Assembly (NCBI GenBank): GCA_963665815.1
Contig: OY762463.1
Span: forward strand, 2,688,001-2,752,000
Direction: 5' to 3'
DNA from: Candidatus Cloacimonadales bacterium
GTDB lineage: Bacteria; Cloacimonadota; Cloacimonadia; Cloacimonadales; JAIOQZ01
DNA: 64,000 nt
Every line of letters begins with the position of its first letter. Position 1 is the first letter of the stretch. Both the position numbers and the translations under genes were made by a program. A model generated the notes under the pieces. That model did no database searches. It was given only the letters and a program-made list of their open reading frames with translations, and was not told the origin of the DNA. Shown here one piece after another: positions 1 to 10,026 of this stretch.

Positions 1-1
1 G

Positions 2-358
2 GCAGGACTTCAGAACATTCCTTCAGTGTACTACGAAGCTGCATCTATAGATGGAGCAAGCTCTGCAAGGAAATTTTTCAGGATTACACTTCCACTTATT
101 TCGCCAACAACTTTTTATGTGTTAATGATGACCACAATTACAACCTTTCAGGTATTTTCCCAGGTCTATATGATGACAGGACCTCCAATTGGCGGACCGT
201 TGGGAACAACTAAAGTGATTGTTTACTATATTTTTGACAAAGGACTTGGTGAAGCTGCCAATATGAGCTATGCAAGTGCTGTTGCACTTATACTTTTTGC
301 GATAATTCTTGCATTAACACTTTTACAGAAGAAGTTGGAGAAAAAGGTTCATTATTAA
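2..358 (+). CDS. Carbohydrate ABC transporter permease (MalF/UgpA-like), 5'-truncated by window edge
   Basis: Frame open from position 2 ([19 protein letters not shown]); EAA loop motif, ITLPLISPT, hydrophobic helices. Confidence 0.9.
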   Translation, partial: AGLQNIPSVYYEAASIDGASSARKFFRITLPLISPTTFYVLMMTTITTFQVFSQVYMMTGPPIGGPLGTTKVIVYYIFDKGLGEAANMSYASAVALILFAIILALTLLQKKLEKKVHY

Positions 359-1003
359 ATGGAAGCAACCAGAATATATTTAGTACGACACGGTGAAACT
401 GTCTGGAACAGAGAAAAAAGATGGCAGGGACACATTGATAAACCCCTGAATGAAACAGGTCTCAAACAGGCTGAAGCAGTAGCGGATTTCTTTCAGGAAC
501 ATAACTGTGATGTTATCTATTCAAGTGATCTCAGCAGAGCTTATGATACAGCGAAAGCAACAGGTTCAAGAACAGGTGTCAGTATTGTAAAGGATGACAG
601 ACTTAGAGAAAAACACATGGGAATCATGCAGGGTTTGTCTGTCGAAGAATTCAAAAAGAATAACATAAAAGAATATGATAAAATGATGAGTAATCCTTCG
701 GAGTATATTATACCTGAGGGTGAAACCATGGAAGAGTTCAGAGATCGGGTAGTAGCCTGTATCAAAGATATTATCTCCGAGAATCCCGGTAAAAAAGCAG
801 CAGTGTTTTGTCATGGGGGGAATCTGGATGTAATACTGAGGTATGTACTTGATATCCCGTTGACAGTCAAAAGATCCTTCTCCATTTTTAATGGAAGCAT
901 TGCCAGATTAACCTGCAATGAGGAAGGAATCCGGCTTGATTCATGGGGGATAACCGATCATTTGAAAAGTCTGGATTATTACGATGGGAAAATTCAGTTT
1001 TAA
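359..1003 (+). CDS. Histidine phosphatase (phosphoglycerate mutase family)
   Basis: LVRHGETxWN, SSDLSRA, LRE and HGG motifs. Confidence 0.9.
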   Translation: MEATRIYLVRHGETVWNREKRWQGHIDKPLNETGLKQAEAVADFFQEHNCDVIYSSDLSRAYDTAKATGSRTGVSIVKDDRLREKHMGIMQGLSVEEFKKNNIKEYDKMMSNPSEYIIPEGETMEEFRDRVVACIKDIISENPGKKAAVFCHGGNLDVILRYVLDIPLTVKRSFSIFNGSIARLTCNEEGIRLDSWGITDHLKSLDYYDGKIQF

Positions 1004-1015
1004 GGGAAACAGGAA

Positions 1016-1987
1016 ATGAAAAAACTGCCTTTATATATTATTTTGCTTATCTGCGGGATCATAATGGTAATTCCGTTTGTTTGGATGATTACTACTGCAC
1101 TTAAGCCTCAGATAGAAGTTAACAATGGTAATGTCGGATTTATTCCAATGGAAGAATTTGATGAGTATAATAACGGAACAGAGCAAGTTAAAGTTAAAAT
1201 CCTGAAAGAGGATGGAGATAGTACTTACGTGCATATTTTCAATGCAGAAGGTAAAATCAAACGTGCTTTTGCCAAAGTCCAGGCGAATAAAATATCGCAC
1301 AGGAAAGTATACAAGTTATACTGGTCAAACTTCAGAAAAGCATTCAAGAAAGTACCATTCGGGAGATATTTCCTGAATACTATATTTGTGTCGATATTTG
1401 TGATGGTTGGTGTAATAGTAACATCATCTCTGGCTGCTTATGCCTTTGCCAGAATGCGTTTCTTCGGGAAGGATTTCTTGTTTTACCTGTTTGTAAGTAT
1501 GATGATGGTACCTCAACCAATCTATCTTATCCCATCTTATGTACTGATGAGCAGTCTGGGCTGGATAGATACTTACACAGCTCTTATAGTTCCATGGATT
1601 GCCAATATATTCACAATCTTCCTGTTGAGACAACATTTCAAAACTATTCCTCAGGATCTGTTTGATGCTGCAGCAATAGACGGATGCAGCAGATTCAGAA
1701 TGTTATGGCAGATTGTTCTTCCATTATCAAAATCAGTTATATCCACAGCGGCAATTTTCTCAATTATCGGGAGCTGGAACAGCTTCATGTGGCCACTCGT
1801 AATGACGAACAGCGAAGAAATCAGAGTGCTTCAGGTAGGACTAAGCTATTTTGCTCAGGAATCATCATCAATGACAACTCTGTTGATGGCTGCTTCTACA
1901 TTCAGTATTTTACCGCTTGTAATCCTGTTCCTGTTTGCTCAGAAACAGATTATGTCAAGTTTTGCATCAAGCGGATTAAAAGGATAA
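1016..1987 (+). CDS. Carbohydrate ABC transporter permease (MalG/UgpE-like)
   Basis: YFLNT, AAYAFAR, DAAAIDG (EAA loop), WNSFMWP; extra soluble insert after the first TM helix. Confidence 0.9.
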   Translation: MKKLPLYIILLICGIIMVIPFVWMITTALKPQIEVNNGNVGFIPMEEFDEYNNGTEQVKVKILKEDGDSTYVHIFNAEGKIKRAFAKVQANKISHRKVYKLYWSNFRKAFKKVPFGRYFLNTIFVSIFVMVGVIVTSSLAAYAFARMRFFGKDFLFYLFVSMMMVPQPIYLIPSYVLMSSLGWIDTYTALIVPWIANIFTIFLLRQHFKTIPQDLFDAAAIDGCSRFRMLWQIVLPLSKSVISTAAIFSIIGSWNSFMWPLVMTNSEEIRVLQVGLSYFAQESSSMTTLLMAASTFSILPLVILFLFAQKQIMSSFASSGLKG

Positions 1988-1988
1988 A

Positions 1989-3560
1989 ATGAAGAAATAC
2001 GTATTGATTCTGTTTCTTATCTGCATTTCAGCAGCTTATCTGCAAGCTGAAATCAGGGCTTTCTGGGCTCCTCCCTGGGATATTAACTCCAGAGAAAAGA
2101 TTGACCAGTTAGTTTTTGATGCTGCAGAAAATAATTTCAATACGATTGTTGCGGAAATCAGATACAGAGGTGATGCTCTTTATACACCTAATAGAATCAA
2201 TAAAACATACTCAAATCCGGAGCATATCAGTCGAATTCTTGAAGAGGATTTCGATCCGCTGCAGTATCTTATTGATAAATCCAAAAGATATAATATTCAG
2301 GTTTATGCCTGGGTGACAACATTTGTTGCAACAACAAGACGAGAAGAATCTTTCAGTAAAGATCATGTATATAAGAAATTCCCGGAATGGATTACCTGCG
2401 ATAAGTCGGGAAAACGAATGAACTTCAACTCATATGAAGGAGCTTATCTGGATCCGGGAGTTCCCGAGGTTCATGATTATCTCCTTGAGGTTATAAAAGA
2501 TATTGTAGTTAACTACGATATTGATGGTCTTCAATTTGATTATATTCGCTATCCTGCTAAGAAATTCGGATACAATCCGATCTCGATTGATAACTATAAT
2601 GAATTCTGTGAAATCACAAATTCGGATATAAATTTTGAGACCTGGAAACAGAATCAGATATCACGATTTGTGAAGAGAGCATATCTTGAGTTAAAGCACT
2701 TGAATCCTAATCTGGTAATCTCGGCAGCAGTAATTCCTGATGTAGAGAACGCAAACAGAAATGTTGGTCAAGACTGGTTGAACTGGTTAGAGAATGATTA
2801 TATTGATCAAGTATTCCTGATGGCATATACAAAATCAACTTCTTATCTGATTAAAGAGATTGCTGCACTTGAAAAGAAGGACATTCTTGATAGATGCGTA
2901 ATTGGGTTGAGAGCCTGGTCTGAAAATGGGTATTATCCTTATCGTCAGCTTGCAGGTAAGATATCTGAACTTAAAAATTACGATAGAGCCGGTTTATGTT
3001 TCTTTTACTATAACGGGCTGAAAAAGAACAATTTTCTGGTAAAATTGAAAAGGGACTTTTTTAAGAGGTCCGTGCCGGTATATAAGCGTATGAACTCGGA
3101 TTCAGGAATCTTCGGATATATTACGGATGATCAGGGAAGAGCAGTATCAATGCAGAGAGTAACTCTGAATAAGATTGTATCAACTTATACTGATCAGAAT
3201 GGTTTCTATGCTTTTAACAATGTGAAAACACTCAAAAACATTGTTGCAACTAAAAGTCATGAGTTATATGAATATACTGGAATTATAGATTTTAATCTTC
3301 CTGAGATTGCCAATATTGAGCAACAGAATTTTGTTCTCAAGAATACTCTTTATTCTCTGATAAACTACGAGCAGCCAAGCTCAACTTATGTTTACCAATT
3401 TGGGGAGAACACCGAATCCTTTATGCCTCTTGCCGGTAATTTTCCTTATACAACTGCCAGAAATGAAAGAATTCCACGAATATTCCTGCCTTCTACAGTT
3501 TTCAATAACAGAGTTAATAGAAAACTGGATATCGAAAAAATTTATAAAATAGATTTGTAA
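1989..3560 (+). CDS. Secreted glycoside hydrolase-like 10 (YddW/DigH-type) with carboxypeptidase-regulatory-like C-terminal domain
   Basis: Signal peptide; EIRAFW, FDPL, YLDPGVPEV, YDIDGLQFDYIRYP; TDQNGFY in C-terminal domain. Confidence 0.8.
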   Translation: MKKYVLILFLICISAAYLQAEIRAFWAPPWDINSREKIDQLVFDAAENNFNTIVAEIRYRGDALYTPNRINKTYSNPEHISRILEEDFDPLQYLIDKSKRYNIQVYAWVTTFVATTRREESFSKDHVYKKFPEWITCDKSGKRMNFNSYEGAYLDPGVPEVHDYLLEVIKDIVVNYDIDGLQFDYIRYPAKKFGYNPISIDNYNEFCEITNSDINFETWKQNQISRFVKRAYLELKHLNPNLVISAAVIPDVENANRNVGQDWLNWLENDYIDQVFLMAYTKSTSYLIKEIAALEKKDILDRCVIGLRAWSENGYYPYRQLAGKISELKNYDRAGLCFFYYNGLKKNNFLVKLKRDFFKRSVPVYKRMNSDSGIFGYITDDQGRAVSMQRVTLNKIVSTYTDQNGFYAFNNVKTLKNIVATKSHELYEYTGIIDFNLPEIANIEQQNFVLKNTLYSLINYEQPSSTYVYQFGENTESFMPLAGNFPYTTARNERIPRIFLPSTVFNNRVNRKLDIEKIYKIDL

Positions 3561-3600
3561 AATTACATAAATCCATTATTATTTCTGAAATAGTATTGAG

Positions 3601-4206
3601 GTGAGAATAATGGCTTTTACGTATTTCTGGAGGGACTTACACACATTGAAAAGAGTATCCGGCACTGTATCAAACCTGTTGAAATCCAATGGAGAAGTTA
3701 CAATATGGGATGCCGGCTGTGCAATGGGTCCCGAACCATACACATTAATAATGCTTATGGCTGATTCTTTGTCTGAAAAAGAGTTTGATAAAGTCAAACT
3801 GATTGCGTCGGATTATAATCTTGATTTTGAGAAAGTTGTATCAGATGCAGAATACGATAGTGAAGATATCAGTCGTGTACCTGATAAATATCTGAAAAAG
3901 TACTTTTACATAAATCCGGAAACAGGTTTGTATAAAGTTAAGAGCTTTATTCGGGATAAGCTGCATTTCTATCATCATGATTTGCTAACTTTGAAACCAA
4001 TATTAAAGAACATTGATTTGATTTTATGTAAGAACGTTTTGCTCCATTTTCAACAGGAGCAACGGGTTGAAGTTCTTAAGATGTTTCATTCTTCTCTTAA
4101 ACACAATGGATATCTTGCTACCGAGCAGACACAGAAAATCCCCAGTGATGCTGCGTATTTGTTTGAGCAGGTAGTTTCCGATACTCAACTGCACAGGAAA
4201 AAGTAA
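3601..4206 (+). CDS. CheR-type SAM-dependent methyltransferase (catalytic domain only)
   Basis: IWDAGCAMGPEPYT, HHDLL, DLILCKNVLLHF; GTG start. Confidence 0.8.
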   Translation: MRIMAFTYFWRDLHTLKRVSGTVSNLLKSNGEVTIWDAGCAMGPEPYTLIMLMADSLSEKEFDKVKLIASDYNLDFEKVVSDAEYDSEDISRVPDKYLKKYFYINPETGLYKVKSFIRDKLHFYHHDLLTLKPILKNIDLILCKNVLLHFQQEQRVEVLKMFHSSLKHNGYLATEQTQKIPSDAAYLFEQVVSDTQLHRKK

Positions 4207-4215
4207 CGAATAGAT

Positions 4216-4815
4216 ATGAGAATCCACCCATTGATGGCAGACAGCACATTTTACAGGTCTAATAACTATCTTGTTCTTGGAGAAATGAACAATTTGAAGA
4301 ATGTAAATACTTTAATTGATGCCGGAGGAAATGAAGCCTTTGTTGATCAGTTAAATGAGGTTTACACAGGTATTGGAAAGAAAAAGGTTGAACAGATTAT
4401 CATCACGCATTCTCACTTTGACCATGTAAGTGCATTACCAAGACTTAATGATCTTTATTCTCCTCAGGTATATGCTTTTTCCCCATATTTCAAAGATAGT
4501 ACGAAGCTGAATAACGGGCAGCTAATTAAAGCTGGTGACGGATATCTCGAAGTTCTTCATATTAATGTTCATTCACAAGATTCGATATGTCTCTACTCTC
4601 AATCTGAGAAAATTCTTTTTTCAGGGGATACGATCATGAATGTTAAGAACACTAATGGGAGTTATCATAAATCTTTTGTAGATTTTCTAGAGAGGATCAT
4701 GACATTGAAACTTAATGCTATTTATCCGGGGCATGGTCCAATGATAATAGATAACATAGAAGAAATGCTGCAATTGACATTGAATAATGTGAAGAACAGT
4801 ACAATTTTCGAATAG
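4216..4815 (+). CDS. MBL-fold metallo-hydrolase
   Basis: THSHFDH, HSQD, FSGD, YPGHG metal-binding motifs. Confidence 0.85.
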   Translation: MRIHPLMADSTFYRSNNYLVLGEMNNLKNVNTLIDAGGNEAFVDQLNEVYTGIGKKKVEQIIITHSHFDHVSALPRLNDLYSPQVYAFSPYFKDSTKLNNGQLIKAGDGYLEVLHINVHSQDSICLYSQSEKILFSGDTIMNVKNTNGSYHKSFVDFLERIMTLKLNAIYPGHGPMIIDNIEEMLQLTLNNVKNSTIFE

Positions 4816-4833
4816 TTAAAATCACCTTTAAAC

Positions 4834-4867
4834 AAAAAAAACAGACTGTCGCAAAACAACAGTCTGT
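4834..4867 (-). terminator. Rho-independent terminator of ferredoxin gene
   Basis: acagactgt(4841-4849)/acagtctgt(4859-4867) stem preceded by A-run on + strand. Confidence 0.7.
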
Positions 4868-4885
4868 ATCCAGAAAATAATATTC

Positions 4886-5056
4886 TTACATTTCAAGTGC
4901 TTCAACAGGGCATGAGCTTACACATGCACCACAATCAACACATGCATCACCGTCAACTTTAACGACGTCTCCGTCCATTTCTAAGGCACTTACAGGGCAT
5001 GTACCAACACATGCTCCGCAACCAACACATTTAGTTTCATCAACTTTTACTGCCAT
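4886..5056 (-). CDS. 2[4Fe-4S] clostridial-type ferredoxin, 56 aa (absent from ORF track)
   Basis: Manual translation MAVKVDETKCVGCGACVGTCPVSALEMDGDVVKVDGDACVDCGACVSSCPVEALEM; two CxxCxxCxxxCP motifs; AGGAGGA RBS upstream. Confidence 0.93.
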   Translation of the reverse strand: MAVKVDETKCVGCGACVGTCPVSALEMDGDVVKVDGDACVDCGACVSSCPVEALEM

Positions 5057-5516
5057 TGGTTCCTCCTTGTGTTATTTGTGGCAAAGAATACGATTTAATA
5101 ATTGTCTGTCAATAATTATTGAAGTTCATAACTGCTTTTTTTTGTTAGTGTAATGAAACTTTGGTCGTATTATAGTATAGCTAAAATATTTAATCTGAAC
5201 ATATTCCATCCTTAAGTGAATCTGACAGAAGCTTAGCTTAATAAAAACAGGATTGAAAATTTGAACTTAAGCCGACATGTATTTCAACTCAGTATATAAT
5301 TGATGTTGTGTGTTAAGTAGTTCTTATCCTATAGTAATATATATTTGGTTGGTATAATATTGATTGTTTTTACATTGTAGGGAAAAAAGCAGAACTTCTG
5401 AGCATTTACTAACTTGAGATTGTTCATGAATAAAAAACAAAAGTAATATAAGAATAAAAGGTTGACAGACTTAACTTATTTGTTTTCAATTATATAAAAT
5501 TTGAAAGGAGTCAAAT

Positions 5517-5963
5517 ATGGATAAGGAAATTAAAATTTATGTAATTGATGAAAGAAAATCTGAACTTGATAATAACTTGAATAATATTGCTGAATTCCTT
5601 TTCAAAAGTCTGGAAGAATATGGTGATCCTGTTGAGGATATAAAAAAGGCAATGAAATATGCACTCAGCTCAGATACTTTTGGTGGTTCAGTGATTTATG
5701 CAGAATCAGGCTCGAAAATTGTGGGCGCTGTTGTTATGAATAAGACAGGTATGGATGGCTATATTCCGGAAAATATTCTGGTTTACATTGCTGTAAGCAG
5801 AACAATGCGCGGAAAGGGTATTGGAAAGAAACTGATGAACAAAGCTATAGAAGTTTCCAATGGTAATATTGCTCTTCATGTAGAAGAAGATAATCCTGCT
5901 AAATTTCTTTATGAAAAAGTCGGATTTCAGAAGAAGTATGCAGAAATGCGATTAATAAGGTAG
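5517..5963 (+). CDS. GNAT family N-acetyltransferase
   Basis: YIAV...RGKGIG motif A; LHV..DNPA..LYEKVGF; AAGGAG RBS. Confidence 0.88.
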   Translation: MDKEIKIYVIDERKSELDNNLNNIAEFLFKSLEEYGDPVEDIKKAMKYALSSDTFGGSVIYAESGSKIVGAVVMNKTGMDGYIPENILVYIAVSRTMRGKGIGKKLMNKAIEVSNGNIALHVEEDNPAKFLYEKVGFQKKYAEMRLIR

Positions 5964-5968
5964 AGTAT

Positions 5969-7039
5969 ATGGCACACTTGATAATGAACAAAGCGAAACT
6001 GCAAAAGAATTTTGAGTTTCTCGATAGAATTTTTGAAGAAGAAGGAATTAAGTGGGCTATCGTATCTAAGGTACTCTGTGGGAATGAAGAGTATCTGAAA
6101 CAGCTTATTGATATTGGTACAAAACAGATATGTGATTCACGTCTGACCAACCTTCAGATGATAAAAGAAATTAAGCCTGAAATTGAAACTATATACATAA
6201 AACCACCATCTCTGCTTGATGTAGAAGATGTTGTGAGGTATGCAGATATTTCCATGAATACGGAATTCGATACAATAGAGGCTCTATCAGAAGAAGCTGG
6301 GAAATTGAATAAAACCCATAAAATAATCATTATGATTGAGATGGGAGAGCTGCGAGAAGGTGTAGTAAGAGAAGAGTTTATTCAGTTTTACGAAAAAGTA
6401 TTCGAACTCAGTAACATAGAAGTGGTTGGTATAGGTGCTAACTTCTCCTGTTTATACGGAGTTCTGCCTAATCCTGATAAGCTGATTATCCTCTGCCTGT
6501 ATGAGCAGCTTATTGAGGCTAAGTTCAACAGACATATTCCATTTGTCTCGGGAGGATCTTCAGTTGTAATTCCGTTAATTCTCAACAATACTCTTCCTCT
6601 TGGAATAAACCATTTCAGAGTTGGTGAAACATTGTTCTTCGGAAAAGATATTTATAATGACAGAGATCTTAAGATGATGCATAATGATGTGTTCAAACTA
6701 TATTGTGAGATTATTGAACTATCTGAAAAGCCTATTGTACCAACTGGTGAAATGGGAACCAATGTAGAAGGTAAAGAATACTCATTCAGGAATAAGGATA
6801 TTGGTAAAACAACCTATAGAGCAATTCTGAACCTTGGACTGCTGGATGTGGATGAAAAACATATCTGGCCTGTTGACCCTGATGTTCACTTTGTGGGAGC
6901 AACATCTGATATGATAGTAATAGATCTTAAAGATAATGAGAACGAATATAAAGTCGGGGATATTCTTGAGTTCAACATGGACTATATGGGACTTCTCAGG
7001 CTGATGAACTCGAGATACATTGAAAAAAGAGTAGTATAA
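5969..7039 (+). CDS. Alanine/ornithine racemase family PLP-dependent enzyme
   Basis: VSK (PLP lysine), DSR, MGELREG, SGGSS, RVGE, GATSDM motifs. Confidence 0.85.
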   Translation: MAHLIMNKAKLQKNFEFLDRIFEEEGIKWAIVSKVLCGNEEYLKQLIDIGTKQICDSRLTNLQMIKEIKPEIETIYIKPPSLLDVEDVVRYADISMNTEFDTIEALSEEAGKLNKTHKIIIMIEMGELREGVVREEFIQFYEKVFELSNIEVVGIGANFSCLYGVLPNPDKLIILCLYEQLIEAKFNRHIPFVSGGSSVVIPLILNNTLPLGINHFRVGETLFFGKDIYNDRDLKMMHNDVFKLYCEIIELSEKPIVPTGEMGTNVEGKEYSFRNKDIGKTTYRAILNLGLLDVDEKHIWPVDPDVHFVGATSDMIVIDLKDNENEYKVGDILEFNMDYMGLLRLMNSRYIEKRVV

Positions 7040-7058
7040 CAAACTTCGTAATACGTTA

Positions 7059-7090
7059 AGGCTGGGGATTTGATCTTCAGCCTTTTTTTT
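7059..7090 (+). terminator. Rho-independent terminator
   Basis: aaggctgggga...tcttcagcctt hairpin followed by T-run. Confidence 0.75.
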
Positions 7091-7091
7091 A

Positions 7092-7946
7092 TTACCATCC
7101 GCGATGTTCTTTCATTTTTTCGCGGTTGAATTTTTCCATCCTATCTTTCTTTCTATTGTATTCTTCATTTCTTCTTTTATTATCGGCATTCATCTGCTTA
7201 ACTTTTTTGTTGTATTCATCATCATCTTTAGGACTGCTGGATAGAGGTCCATCACTAATTTTTATAAGGAAAGCAATTACACTAATCCCCACAACAAAAA
7301 CTATAATTCCACCAAGAATAAGCCCCACAGCAATAACGAAGTAAGTAACAGCAGTTGTAGCCATGAAGATAAGTGGAATTGCTATCAGGCCATGAACAAC
7401 CTGATAGGGGATAGTATACAGTGCTATATGCTTAAAGACAATCAGTTCACGAATTACAGCCCATATAGCCGATACACTCAGGAATACAAGACCAATCCAT
7501 AAAACCCAGCTTATCCAGTGTTGTCCTTTCGGGATACTCAGTAAGCTGAAATCTGTTGCAAAATTTATAAGGTGTTTATATCCGAATGAAAAGAATAAAG
7601 CTATAACAAAAGTGTAGCATATCCAGAATATGTAATATAGTCCTTCTCGTTTGACAATCTTTTCCTTTGTTTCTTCCGGAAACAGCTCAATGACTGTTCC
7701 ATGAATCATAGAGAATGAAAACCAGACTATTATTGTAATTACCAGACCCAACCAGTATCGCCAGTGTTTCCAACTGACAAACTCTTTGAGGTACTCAAAC
7801 AAGCTGATAACTCCTGTTATCTGTTTCATATCGGAGAATGTAGCATATTTACTGCTTTTTGCTGCTGAGTCTTTTACTGCTTCCGGAGCGGCAAACAATG
7901 AAAGCAGAATCAATGTTAAAATAAAAGTCAGAACGGTTTTCTTCAT
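7092..7946 (-). CDS. Hypothetical multi-pass membrane protein
   Basis: Signal peptide, several hydrophobic helices, charged C-terminal tail. Confidence 0.7.
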   Translation of the reverse strand: MKKTVLTFILTLILLSLFAAPEAVKDSAAKSSKYATFSDMKQITGVISLFEYLKEFVSWKHWRYWLGLVITIIVWFSFSMIHGTVIELFPEETKEKIVKREGLYYIFWICYTFVIALFFSFGYKHLINFATDFSLLSIPKGQHWISWVLWIGLVFLSVSAIWAVIRELIVFKHIALYTIPYQVVHGLIAIPLIFMATTAVTYFVIAVGLILGGIIVFVVGISVIAFLIKISDGPLSSSPKDDDEYNKKVKQMNADNKRRNEEYNRKKDRMEKFNREKMKEHRGW

Positions 7947-8241
7947 ACTGTAATCCTTACTGTTTTCAGTTATATAAACTCAAGTATCAATAGTTACGTG
8001 CAAGCTGACAAGTATAATCTGATTTTTCTTATGTTTATTCCGGTGCATAATTCGCTGGATGAAAGCATGTTCACTTTCTCAGTAAATATAATTATATTTC
8101 CTTGACTTATCTATTCGAGAATCATCGTATTTTAGAAAATTTCAATGAAAGATTTTCTAAATAAAATGAAACCCTTTTATCTGGCTCATGGATAAGAGTA
8201 GGAAAGTTCAGGAAATAGAGAACACTAATCAAGGAGAAAAT

Positions 8242-9069
8242 ATGCATTTTGTGAGATTTGATTCATGCATAGAAAAAGATTTACAGGCATTGCTGGATAG
8301 TTTTGATGATACAGAAGAAAGAAAACAATTGAAGCTTAAGCTGAATTATCGAAATGACAGCTCATTCATTATCTTTGATGATACTGAAGTTATCGGCTAT
8401 GCGTTAGGATATGAATATGACGGAAAATCTAAGATTGAACTTTATGTTAACAGAGAACCGGAGTACTCCGAACTGCTGGAGTTAGCCGGTGAGATTAATA
8501 CACATTATATCAATCCTGCAGACAAAGATTTCTTTATCATTGAGGAGGCTGACTCTTCAGTTAATATTCTGAATAAATTCAAATTTATTGATTCCAATCA
8601 TACTTATGAATTGAGCACACCTCTCATTATAAAAAAATCCCCTGAAATCCCATATGAGTTCAAACAGGAAAAAGTAGAGCCTGCCGAGTATGCTGAATTG
8701 ATGAAAAAATGCTTTATAGACGATAAAGAATGGGATTATACTAATTATCGGGAACAGGCACAGGAATTTCTGGAAGAAGAGTCTGTAACTTGGACTTGCA
8801 GGGATAATGAAAAGCTTATTGGAGCTTGTTCTATTTGTAATGATGAAGAGATTTATATTGATATGCTTTGCATACATCCCGAATATCAAAAGAAGGGTAT
8901 TGGCTATAAGTTGATGGAGAAATCTCTGTATGATCGTGATGACTCAAAAGTTCGTCTTGATGTAAAATCCAAAAATGAGAAGGCAATCAGATTCTATGAA
9001 AACTCAGGATTTAAAAGGATAAATACCAGTTATATTGTTGTTAAGAAAATGGAAATCAGGAATAGTTAA
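8242..9069 (+). CDS. GNAT family acetyltransferase (probably two-domain)
   Basis: C-terminal HPEYQKKGIG and NEKAIRFYENSGF; start moved to ATG after AAGGAG RBS. Confidence 0.82.
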   Translation: MHFVRFDSCIEKDLQALLDSFDDTEERKQLKLKLNYRNDSSFIIFDDTEVIGYALGYEYDGKSKIELYVNREPEYSELLELAGEINTHYINPADKDFFIIEEADSSVNILNKFKFIDSNHTYELSTPLIIKKSPEIPYEFKQEKVEPAEYAELMKKCFIDDKEWDYTNYREQAQEFLEEESVTWTCRDNEKLIGACSICNDEEIYIDMLCIHPEYQKKGIGYKLMEKSLYDRDDSKVRLDVKSKNEKAIRFYENSGFKRINTSYIVVKKMEIRNS

Positions 9070-9088
9070 CAGCTATTTCTTTTCTTTC

Positions 9089-9772
9089 TCAATCAACACA
9101 ATCAAACTCACGTTCCAGGCATTCAGGGCAAATTCCGTGAGTTGGTTTAGCTCCATAATTGTCATCTACATATTTTTCAATAGAACTCCATTTTCCGTCT
9201 TTTCCCTGCACTTTTTTACAATAGCAGCAGATTGGATAAATCTTACTGAGTTCACACAGTAGTTTTTCTTGCTTCCTTAATTGTGCTTCATCATGTAAAA
9301 TTCGCAAAGTCAACTCAACCATCCTCTTAACATGCTCAATCATTTTGATATGCAGCTTATTCTTCTCATGCTCTTTATAGTCTAGGAAGCAAACAGTACC
9401 AAATAATTCTCCGTCAGGTCTTTCTATAGGCATACCGGTGTAGGATATAATATTCAAGTCCACAGCAGCTGCATTATCTTTCCATTTTGGATCTTTTGTC
9501 GCATTTGCAATAAAATTCAATCCTTTCGTTTTTAAGGTATGTTCGCAATACCAACCGGAATCAGGATAAGGTGCAACCGCATCAGACGGATAAGGGTTTC
9601 CCTCTGTCTTACTGGAAAGCAGTATCTCGATTTCATCCTTGTCCACCCTTGTAATAAGACCTGCCGGAACTCCCAGCATTTCAGCGGTTTCATTCAGGAT
9701 TTCCTGCCATTCCTGCAATATCTCTTCAGATAATACTTTTCTATTGAACGGATTGGCTAATGAATAAGGCAT
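9089..9772 (-). CDS. GAF domain protein with C-terminal Cys-rich tail
   Basis: YCEHT...SYTGMPI..PDGELFGTVCFLD GAF core; PICCYCKK...THGICPEC tail. Confidence 0.8.
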   Translation of the reverse strand: MPYSLANPFNRKVLSEEILQEWQEILNETAEMLGVPAGLITRVDKDEIEILLSSKTEGNPYPSDAVAPYPDSGWYCEHTLKTKGLNFIANATKDPKWKDNAAAVDLNIISYTGMPIERPDGELFGTVCFLDYKEHEKNKLHIKMIEHVKRMVELTLRILHDEAQLRKQEKLLCELSKIYPICCYCKKVQGKDGKWSSIEKYVDDNYGAKPTHGICPECLEREFDCVD

Positions 9773-10026
9773 ATTACCTCCTTCTTTGGTACATATCAGA
9801 CAAATTTATTAATTCTCGTTTCTTGTATTTGAAAATATAAGGTGCCAGACAGATTTGTGTCAAATATTAAATTGGTTTTCGAGCAATTTGTGTAAATATC
9901 AGAATATGGTTTGCGAGGTAGACATCAAGATGATTTAGAGCTTATAGTAAAAATAGTCTTGACGATTCAGGGAGTATTATATCATTTAATGCAAAGGAAC
10001 TGGAATCATTTTGATAAGGAGGTAAT

